DNA of 32,000 nucleotides from Mycoplasma mycoides subsp. capri (GTDB lineage Bacteria; Bacillota_I; Bacilli_A; Mycoplasmatales; Mycoplasmataceae): NCBI RefSeq assembly GCF_018389705.1, contig NZ_CP065581.1, positions 690,001 to 722,000 of the forward strand, read 5' to 3'. Shown piece by piece: positions 19,962 to 28,322 of this stretch (position 1 is its first letter; each line of letters starts with the position of its first letter). The notes under the pieces were generated by a model. It saw only the letters and a program-made list of their open reading frames with translations, ran no database searches and was not told where the DNA came from. The position numbers and the translations under genes were made by a program.

Positions 19962-21386
19962 CTAATAAGCTCTTGCAAATATTACTTGTAAACAAGTGTC
20001 TTTTTTACAATTAAAACATTTTGCTTTAACTTCTTTTTGATCAAAAGGAATACATCTTGAATTAGTTGCTGTTTTTGTTTTAATATCTTGTTCACATTCA
20101 ACTCTTCCACAAAATGGAACTAATACAAAACCTTGGTTTTGTTTTAAAATTTCAATATATTCTTCAATTGTATCAGCTTTAAAAGTTCTGTTTTTTCTAT
20201 TTTCTAAAGCATTATTATAAAGTGATAAATCATAATCTTTAATCATTTGATCAACTACTTTTTTAACATTTTTATAATCTATTTTGATTTTATTTTCTTG
20301 TTGGTCTCTTCTTGAAATAGTAATTTGATTATTTTCTAAATCACGAGGTCCTATTTCAATTCTAATTGGTATTCCTTTAATTTCAGCTTCACTAATTTTA
20401 AATCCAAAGCTTTTATCAGAATTATCTACATTTATTCTATAATCAGATAATTTATCTTTAATAATCTCAACAACTTGATCAATTTGTTCATTATTTTTAA
20501 TTTGAATAATTTGGATTTGAATTGGAGAAATTTTACTTGGTAAAACTAAACCATTATCATCACTATGAGTCATAATAAGAGCACCAATTAATCTTGTTGA
20601 AACTCCTCAACTTGTTGAATAAGCATGTTCTAATTTATTTTCTTTGTTTTGGAATTTAATATCATAAACTTTTGTAAAATTATCAGCAAAAAAGTGAGAA
20701 GTACCACACTGTAAAGCTTGACCATCAAACATTAAAGATTCAATAGTATAAGTATCTTTTGCTCCTGCAAATTTTTCTTTTTCAGTCTTTTTACCACAAA
20801 TTACAGGCAATAATAAAATTTCTTTTGCAAACTTTTCATAAATGTTTAATATTTTTAAACAAAAATCTTCTGCTTCATTATAAGAACTATGAACAGTATG
20901 ACCTTCTTGTCATAAAAATTCACTAGTTCTTAAAAAAGGACGAGTAGTTTTTTCTCATCTCATTACATTACATCATTGATTATAAATTAAAGGTAAATCA
21001 CGATAAGAATTTATTTCATTACTAAAATAATCCATCATTACAACTTCACTAGTTGGTCTTATAAATAGATTTTCTTCTAGTTGTTTTTCTCCAACTCTAG
21101 TAACAGTTGCAATTTCTGGAGAAAATCCTTCAATATGATCTTTTTCTTTATTAAACAATGATTCAGGAATTAATAATGGAAAATAAACATTATCTACATT
21201 TATTTTTTTAAATTCTTCATCTAAATATTTTTGAATTAATTCTCAAATTCTATATCCATATGGTCTAAAAATCATAGTTCCTTTAACAGGACCATAGCTA
21301 GCTAATTTTGTATTTAAAACAATATCTGTATATCATTGTGAAAAATCAATATTTCTTGGAGTGATTTTATCTAGTTGTTTTTTCAT
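19962..21386 (-). CDS. proS: proline--tRNA ligase (archaeal/eukaryote-like short type)
   Basis: ORFs 19962..20573, 20607..20810 and 20973..21158 plus the N-terminal part lie in one frame, joined by TGA. ATG at 21384-21386 (474 aa). The N-terminus is MKKQLDKITPRNIDFSQWYTDIV, typical of this ProRS type. Confidence 0.93.
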
Positions 21387-22047
21387 TATCGTTATTACCT
21401 TCTATTTGTTCAAATTGATCATTATTTTTATAATAAATTCTAATTGAATCATTTAATAATGTTTTTCTTAAATATTCTTCTGCTTTTTTATATAAGTCAT
21501 AATCTCTAAACAAGATTCATTCAATACATTCTATTTGAATAGCTTCGTTAATAAAAACCATAGATAAAGATTTATCTCAAACTCAATCTTTTTTTGTTAC
21601 TCTATATAAAGTATTTGGATTAATTGCTATTGTTAAAAATTGATCAGTTTTAATATCAGTATCTTTAAGTCATTTTCAAAATTGAGCCCTTGATGAAATA
21701 TCAAAAGCTAAACCAATTGAATAATCTTTTTGTTGAAATGATCAAACAACATATTCTTCATCGGCTTTTAATTTAATTTCTTTAACAGGACAAATTCCAT
21801 ATTGTAAAATGTTTAATCAGTTTTTTGAATTGGTATAAAATAAAAAATATTGAATGTCTTGTTTATTTATAAAATCTAAAACGTTTTTCTTTTCGTTTTC
21901 TTTAGTAATAAAAAAAGGATATAAAATATTTTCAAAATAATTTTGTTGTGTTAAATCATTTTTAGATTTTCAAAACATTAATTTTGATCAAAAACTTTTT
22001 ATATTTTTTGATTGATTTTTAATATTTTTATCAACTTTTTTATTCAT
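21367..22047 (-). CDS. hypothetical protein (226 aa), first gene of the proS operon
   Basis: This gene is invisible in the ORF track because it has many TGA codons. From the ATG at 22045-22047 the frame is verified open under code 4 to TAA 21367-21369. It overlaps the proS start by 20 nt. The protein is Trp-rich, with the segment FLFYTNSKNWLNILQYGICP. Confidence 0.65.
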
Positions 22048-22131
22048 TACTACTCCATTTATTATCTTTATATATTATATATTGTTTTAAATTGTTTAAA
22101 TTAAATTAAATCTATACGATATTAAACAAAT

Positions 22132-22154
22132 AAAAAAGACTACCTAAGTAGTCT
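22132..22154 (-). terminator. intrinsic terminator downstream of tRNA-Ser
   Basis: agactac (22137-22143) pairs with gtagtct (22148-22154) around a 4-nt loop. On the minus strand a T-run follows (plus-strand A-run 22132-22137). Confidence 0.6.
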
Positions 22155-22166
22155 GTTAATTTCAAA

Positions 22167-22256
22167 TGGCGGGTTAAGAGGGACTCGAACCCTCGCGCCG
22201 GAGACCGACCTAACACCTTAGCAGGGTGTCCTCTTCACCAACTTGAGTATTAACCC
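22167..22256 (-). tRNA. tRNA-Ser (anticodon GCU), long variable arm, CCA encoded
   Basis: The reverse complement is GGGTTAA TA CTCAAGTTGGTGAAGAG G ACACC CTGCTAA GGTGT TAGGTCGGTCTCCGGCGC GAGGG TTCGAGT CCCTC TTAACCC G CCA (90 nt). Confidence 0.93.
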
Positions 22257-22273
22257 ATAAGTAATACTTTTTA

Positions 22274-22283
22274 ATTATACACA
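22274..22283 (-). promoter_or_regulatory. extended -10 promoter element for tRNA-Ser
   Basis: The minus strand reads TGTGTATAAT (plus 22274-22283). It ends about 17 nt before the tRNA 5' end. Confidence 0.4.
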
Positions 22284-22335
22284 AAAATATAAATAAATTG
22301 CACTAGATTTAATAAACCTAATTTTTTTACATAAT

Positions 22336-22399
22336 AAAAAAACTACTTATCAAATAAAAATAAAAAATTAGAGAGAATAGGTTTTGATAAATAGTTTTT
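22336..22399 (-). terminator. long imperfect inverted repeat, possible terminator of the small membrane-protein gene
   Basis: aaaactacttatcaaa (within 22336-22354) is complementary to tttgataaatagtttt (22383-22399) with one mismatch and a ~28-nt loop. On the minus strand a T-run follows. Confidence 0.3.
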
Positions 22400-22507
22400 A
22401 AAAAATTAAATGAAATTAGTTTAATAAACTATTTTTATTAATTTTATGTTTTATTTAAGTTTTAATTAACATTAAATAATTTTAGTATTACTTTTAATAA
22501 TTTAATT

Positions 22508-22789
22508 TTAAGATTTACTAATTTTAGCTCCACCAATTATTAATAAAATACCTGGAATTAGTGCTGCTCAAAATAAAGCAAATATACCAGTTGTGATCAC
22601 TAATCCTTTATTGTTTCTTAAACTTGGAACTAGACATAAAATTGAAAGAATAAATGTCACAATAGTTGCTGGTATTGTTAATCAAGCTAAAAATCAAATA
22701 AAAACAATTGAAATAGGGAGCACTATAATGATTCCAACAATTGATAAAACAGCTCCAACTATAACTAATGGATTTGGTTTTTGATTCAT
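22508..22789 (-). CDS. small hydrophobic membrane protein (93 aa, ~3 TM)
   Basis: ATG at 22787-22789 preceded by aaaggaaaaaa. The frame is verified open with three in-frame TGA codons to TAA 22508-22510. The sequence is MNQKPNPLVIVGAVLSIVGIIIVLPISIVFIWFLAWLTIPATIVTFILSILCLVPSLRNNKGLVITTGIFALFWAALIPGILLIIGGAKISKS. Confidence 0.6.
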
Positions 22790-22854
22790 ATTTTTTCCTT
22801 TCTTTTTTTTAGATACTTAGACAACAAAATACCTAAAATTTATATTTCCATTAC

Positions 22855-22869
22855 AAAAAAAAAAAAAAA
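22855..22869. repeat. A15 homopolymer in a divergent intergenic (promoter) region
   Basis: Fifteen consecutive A residues lie 66-80 nt upstream of the minus-strand ATG (22789) and ~175 nt upstream of the fruA ATG (23044). Confidence 0.95.
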
Positions 22870-23043
22870 GCTATTTTTTACAAGTTCAAAGTAATTTTTT
22901 AAAAATTTGCATATACAAAAAATATCTAAAAAGATAATAGTTTTAGTTTTTTACCAATTCATATAAGTGTGATAAATTAATGAAACTAAATATTATCAAC
23001 TAGTAAAGTAATACAATTAAAGTAAATAGAAAGGAGATATAAA

Positions 23044-25458
23044 ATGGATAATTATGTTTTTAATAAAGATTACATTTTTTTAAATGTCAATCTTAAAACT
23101 AAACAAGAAGTATTTGAGTTTATTGCATCAAAAGCTAAAGAGTTAAAAATAGTTACTAGTAAAAAAGCATTAATTGATGGGTTTAAATTACGTGAAGCTG
23201 AAAATACAACAGGATTTGAAGATGGTTTTGCTATACCACATCCAAAAGATGTTAAACAAATTAAAAAACCAGCTGTATTTGTTTTAAAATTTACAAATCC
23301 TATTGAATGAAATGCACTAGATAATAAACCTATTGAAATTGCTATAGCATTATTAACTCCACAAACTACTGATGAAAATAACTCACATTTAACTTTATTA
23401 AGTCAAGTTGCTGTTAAACTAACAAATCAAGAGTTTAAAACTGCTTTAAAACAAGCAAAAACTAAAAAGGAAATTTTAAATATTTTAAATTCAGATCAAA
23501 ATATAGAAATTAAAAAAGAAAATAATAATCTAGAAAATACAAAACAATTAAAAATAGTAGCTGTTACTTCATGTACTGTAGGTATTGCTCATACTTATAT
23601 GGCTGAAGAAAAATTACTACAACAAGCTTTAAAACAAAATTATCAAATTAGAGTTGAAACACAAGGTTCAAAAGGAATTGGAACTCCATTAACTAATAAA
23701 GAAATCAAAGAAGCAGATGTTGTTATTATTGCAACTGATACTGCTGTTGATTTAACTAGATTTAATGGTAAAAAAGTATATAAAACTAAAGTATCTAATG
23801 CTATTAAAGATCCAGAAAAAACTATTAATGATGCTTTAAAATTAGCAACTATTCACAATCAAACAAATCAAGAATTTGAAACTAAAAATATCAAAAACCA
23901 AGAAAAAGTTGGAGTTTTACAACACATATTATCTGGTATTTCATATATGGTTCCAATTATTATACTTGGTGGTATTTGTTTAGCTGTTTCACTAGGTTTA
24001 GCAAAAGCTATTTATGGAGCTGATGCAGCACCTAAAGGATTTTTAAAATATCTTGAAGCAATTGGTGGAGCTTCATTTACTTTAATGATTGCAATACTTG
24101 GAGGATTTATAGCAAATTCAATTGCCGGAAGAGCAGCTATAGTTCCTGCTATGGTTGGATCATTTATTGGAAATAACCCAAGTAATTTTGCTAATTGAAT
24201 TCCAGGATTAGGACAAATTCAAACTCCAATGGGGTTTGTTGGAGCTATTATTGCAGGATTAATTGTTGGATATTTTGTAAAATGAGTTAATAGTTGAAAA
24301 GTGCCAAAAACATTAGCTCCAGCTATGCCAATTTTCTTTATTCCATTAGTTGGGGGTATTGGTATTTCATTTATTTTTATATTTGTTTTAGGTGCTCCAA
24401 TTGGATTTATAATGAACCACATTTCATCATGAATCAAAAGTGCTTATATAGGTCAAACTAGTGTATGAATAGGTTTAGCTTTAGGAATTATACTTGGTGC
24501 TATGGCTGGATTTGATATGGGTGGTCCAGTTAATAAAATTGCTTTTGTAACTTGTTCAGCATTAATTACTGAAAAAATTTATGAACCAATGGGAGCAATG
24601 GCTGCTGCTATTCCAGTTGCTCCACTTGGAATGGGATTAACTACTTTATTATTTAAAAAATTCTTTAATTCAACTGAAAGACAACTAGGAGTAGCTGCTT
24701 TAATTATGGGAAGCATAGGAATTTCAGAAGGTGCTATACCATTTGCAATTAGAGACCCAAGACGTGCTATTTTATGTAATGTTGTAGGTTCAGCTGTTGC
24801 TGGTGGAATTGCTGGAAGTTTAAAAGTTCAAGATTTTGCTGCTCATGGTGGACCTATTGTTTGAGTTTTAGGAGCAGTTCCTTATGGAATTCAATCACTA
24901 TACTTCTTTATAGCAGTTTTAATTGGAGTAATTGTTACAAGTTTAATGTATGGATTTTGAATGGTTCAAGAAAGTGGTAAACTTGGTTCTGTTAGAGAAG
25001 CTTATGTTTGAAGTTTAATTCAAACTAAAAAGGCTAAATCAGAATTTATAAATGAAAAGAAACAAGAAATTAAAGATATTAAAAACAATACTAAAAATAA
25101 AAACTTATCTGAAGAACAAATAAATCAAATTCAAAACATTAATGATCAAATAACTAATTATATTAATGAATATAAAACTAAATTAAAACAATTAAAACAA
25201 AGCTATTTAAATCTAAATAAAGAAGAAAAAGCATTTATGAATAATAAAAAATCAGAAATTACTGATTATAAAAAACAAACTCATAGTAAATATAATCAAC
25301 AAATCTCTGATTTAAAACAAAATAATAACTTAGAAACAAAACAACTTCATAAAGAAATTAAAAACTTAAAAACTAAAGAAAAACAAGATATTGTTGACTA
25401 TTCAAAAAACTTGAGAAATCAATTTAGTAATAAGTTTAAAATGATTAATAATTTATAG
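23044..25458 (+). CDS. fruA: PTS fructose-family transporter EIIA-EIIB-EIIC with a C-terminal K/N/Q-rich extension (804 aa)
   Basis: ORFs 23044..23310, 23599..24198, 24502..24864 and 25237..25458 share one frame and are joined only by TGA. EIIA has GFAIPHPK. EIIB has VTSCTVGIAHTYMAEE. The EIIC hydrophobic core includes FDMGGPVNK. An SD aaaggag lies upstream. Confidence 0.9.
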
Positions 25459-25468
25459 TAATTAATAC

Positions 25469-25499
25469 AAAAAAGACTTTCTTAGAAAGTCTTTTTTTT
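25469..25499. terminator. bidirectional terminator shared by fruA and lipoprotein gene L1
   Basis: aagactttc (25473-25481) pairs with gaaagtctt (25485-25493). An A-run lies 5' and a T-run 3'. Confidence 0.8.
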
Positions 25500-25504
25500 A
25501 AGTT

Positions 25505-26023
25505 TTACTTGATTAGGTTTAATAAATCTCAAATCTTTTGTTCTTCTTTTTCATATAGATCAACAATTTGATCAAAGTCTTTATATAATTTCTCATTTAC
25601 TGATCTATTCTTAGTTTCAAAATCTCTTAAATCTGAATAACTTACTATTTTATGATAAAAACTAGTAATCTTTGTGGCTATTCCTCATAGATAACTATAT
25701 TCAGGTTTTTCTTTTAACTCATTTAATTTATCTGCACGTGGGAATACAAAATCAAAAATTTTCAAACCATATTTTTTAATTAAATTAAAATTTTCTTCTT
25801 TAGATTTTTTTGGATGATAAATATTATCTTCTTTTGGTTTATCACTTTGTAATTCATTTATTTTTTCTTTAGTATTTTCTTTTCCTTCTTTTTTAGAAGA
25901 AAGAAGTTTATCATCTTTCTTTTCAGGAGATTTTTGTTGAGTTTTATCACCACAAGCAATTAATGCAGCACTTGTTGTAGCAACTAAACTAATAGAACCT
26001 AATAATGTTAATAATCGTTTCAT
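25505..26023 (-). CDS. small lipoprotein, paralogous family member L1 (172 aa)
   Basis: The lipobox is MKRLLTLLGSISLVATTSAALIAC. ORF 25685..26023 reads through TGA to TAA 25505-25507. Family motifs are ENFNLIKKYGL, ITSFY and the C-terminal LYEKEEQKIWDLL. Confidence 0.85.
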
Positions 26024-26122
26024 ATTTTTCCTTTTGGTTTAGAAATAGTTAAAATGTAGGATTCTCTAAACCGAATTAATAATTTAAAATATAAGGTATT
26101 TTTCTAAATAAAAAGTATGTTT

Positions 26123-26758
26123 TTATTTTGATTGTATTGATTCTAATTGATTTCAAATTGTATCTTTTTCTTTTTGATAATCTGTAACAGTTTTATCAAT
26201 TTGTTCGATAAACTCATCAAATGATTTATATTTCTTTTTTTTATTAAATTTAGTGTCAAACTCTTTCTGAAGATCTTCTATACTAGAGTATTGTGAAATT
26301 TCAGAATAAAAAGAAGTTAATTTACCAGCTAAAGAAGATAATAAATTATTTTTATTATCATTTTTTCACTTTTCTCATTTATCACGCTTGTCAAAAATAA
26401 AATTAGCATGTTTTAAACCATAGTCTTTAGTGAATGAAAAATTTTCTTCTTTGCTTCTTTTAAGCACATATTTTTCTAGTTTTTCTTCTTTTGTTTTTTT
26501 AATATCTTCTTTTTTATATAATTCATTCTTTTCCTTAACTTCTATATCTGTTTTATCTTTTTTAGATTCTTTAATAACACTTTTAATATTATTTTTGTCG
26601 ATATCATTTTTTTGAGTTTTTAAATTATCATTAGATTTGTCACTCTTAAAATTAATTATTTTATCATTAGAGCTCTGTTGAATTTTACAAGCAATAACTA
26701 AAGAGCTACTTGTAGTAATTAATACAACAGATCCTATTAAAGTTATTAATCTTTTCAT
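26123..26758 (-). CDS. small lipoprotein, paralogous family member L2 (211 aa)
   Basis: The lipobox is MKRLITLIGSVVLITTSSSLVIAC. ORF 26375..26758 reads through TGA codons to TAA 26123-26125. Family motifs are ENFSFTKDYGL, LTSFY and DYQKEKDTIWNQL. Confidence 0.85.
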
Positions 26759-26830
26759 AAATTTTCCTTTAGTTTTTAAAATTTTGTATATATTCTTAAA
26801 AATAAAAAATGCTTTTTTAAATTTATAGTT

Positions 26831-27328
26831 TTAGTTTAAAAGTTTTAAAATTGTGTTTCTTTCTTTTTCATATTCTGTAATAGTTTCTTGTCATTGTGTA
26901 AAAATCTTATTTAAGAATTCACCATATGATATTTTTGGTTGTTTATTTTCAAGTTGAGATTTTAGAGCATTAGTAAATTTATCTAATGTGTCAAATTTAT
27001 TTAACTCTTGATATAGCTGGATCAGATTTGATATCAATTTAAATACTTTACCTAGTTCTGGTTTTTTAACAAGTTCTTCTACTTTATTTTTAGAAGACTC
27101 TAATAAGTTATTTATTTCTAAACCATATTTTTTAATTAAATTAAAATTTGCTTCATTTGTTTTATCTATTTTCTGATTATCTTTTTTCTCAAATGGATTA
27201 GATTTATTTTGATTTTTTATTTCCTTTGTATATGATTGTTTTTGATCTATGCTTTTACACGCTACTGTTGTAATGCTAGTTAAAATAGATAAACTAGTAA
27301 AACTAAACATTATCAATATTTTTTTCAT
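26831..27328 (-). CDS. small lipoprotein, paralogous family member L3 (165 aa)
   Basis: The signal and lipobox are MKKILIMFSFTSLSILTSITTVAC. ORF 26891..27328 reads through TGA to TAA 26831-26833. Family motifs are ANFNLIKKYGL, LIQLY and EYEKERNTILKLL. Confidence 0.85.
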
Positions 27329-27413
27329 ATTAATTCCTTTTTAAAACTTATTATTGTATTTTGTTTGTAAATATAAATTGAAAACTATATTATAAAAATC
27401 TTATAAAATCGTT

Positions 27414-27447
27414 TAAAAAAGACTTCTTATTTTATTGAAGTCTTTTT
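27414..27447 (-). terminator. intrinsic terminator downstream of L4
   Basis: aagacttc (27419-27426) pairs with gaagtctt (27437-27444) around a 10-nt loop. A and T runs flank it. Confidence 0.6.
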
Positions 27448-27459
27448 ATTTAATAAACC

Positions 27460-28077
27460 TTATTTACTAGTTTCTTTTAAAAGCTTTAAAATATTTTCTC
27501 TTTCATTTTCATAATTTTTAACTATTTTGGTTCAATCTTTTTCTAAAGTACTAATAAAATTTGAAAATTCAGACTCTGATTTATTAAATTTTTCTTTTAG
27601 CTTAGATTTAAAAGTATCAAAGTTAGAATAGCTTTTTAGTTCCTCATAGAACTTCAATATTTTTCCAGCTATTGTTAGACCATTTGTATTCTTGGGATCC
27701 TCACTAATTTTTTCTGCTTTATCTTTAGGTAAAGAAGAAAATAATTCAGAAAATTCTTTTCCGTATTTTTTAATTAAATCAAAATTCATTTTGTTATTTT
27801 TTACTAATTCTTTATTATTTTTTCTAGGCAAATCAAATGGTTGGGCATTATGTGGTTGATCACCTTGAGGATGTTCATTAGGTTTTGAATCATTTTCAGA
27901 TTCATTAGTTTTTTCTTTTTGGTTATCATCTGTTGATTCAATAGATTCTTTTTTATCTTCTTGTTCAGTTTCTTTGTTTTTTAATTCTAACTGTTTTATA
28001 TTCTTACAGGCAATAACAGCTGTACTAGTTGTTGTAATTAAAGTAATAGAACCTAAAATAGTTAATAGCTTTTTCAT
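27460..28077 (-). CDS. small lipoprotein, paralogous family member L4 (205 aa)
   Basis: The lipobox is MKKLLTILGSITLITTTSTAVIAC. ORF 27532..28077 reads through TGA to TAA 27460-27462. Family motifs are MNFDLIKKYGK, ILKFY and NYENERENILKLL. An SD aggag lies 14 nt after the upstream gene's -1-frame stop. Confidence 0.85.
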
Positions 28078-28091
28078 TTAATCTCCTATTT

Positions 28092-28322
28092 TTAATTTTT
28101 ATAATCTAGAGCAACAATATTTGAAATTTTTCAATAAGAACTATTATTATCATTTGTTAATGTTATTTCAAAACGTTTTCCAACTCTTTTATTAATTTCA
28201 TTTTCTGATGTTAAATTTCTAATTAAATAATATTTAATTTCTTTATCATTACTATTTATTAATTTTGTTGTTCAAGAATCTTTTTTATAATAAATACCTG
28301 CTTTTTGATACTCTAAATTTTT
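28092..28322 (-). other. -1-frame C-terminal continuation (75 codons) of the large membrane-protein gene
   Basis: The -1 frame is stop-free from 28385 to TAA 28092-28094 and has no ATG/GTG/TTG. It encodes ...KNLEYQKAGIYYKKDSWTTKLINSNDKEIKYYLIRNLTSENEINKRVGKRFEITLTNDNNSSYWKISNIVALDYKN. It joins the 0-frame at TTTAAAA (plus 28319-28325). Confidence 0.6.

Noticed and set aside
22257..22507. 250-nt gene-free region as a possible ncRNA
   Set aside because: It is dense with stops in all frames and extremely AT-rich. It contains only a tRNA promoter-like element and one long AT-rich inverted repeat. No conserved-looking structured core is visible, so I left it as intergenic.
22593..22784. 63-aa plus-strand ORF (GTG start)
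   Set aside because: The opposite strand has an ATG with an A/G-rich SD and encodes clean TM helices. The plus-strand ORF starts at GTG without an SD.
24219..24437. 72-aa minus-strand ORF
   Set aside because: It is antisense to the EIIC domain of fruA.
25237..25458. Stand-alone 73-aa K/N-rich ORF
   Set aside because: It is in the same frame as fruA, with only TGA codons and no TAA/TAG between them. I treat it as the FruA C-terminal tail, not a separate gene.
26430..26615. 61-aa plus-strand ORF (GTG start)
   Set aside because: It is antisense to lipoprotein gene L2. The S/F/L-rich sequence is the complement of the K/E-rich linker.
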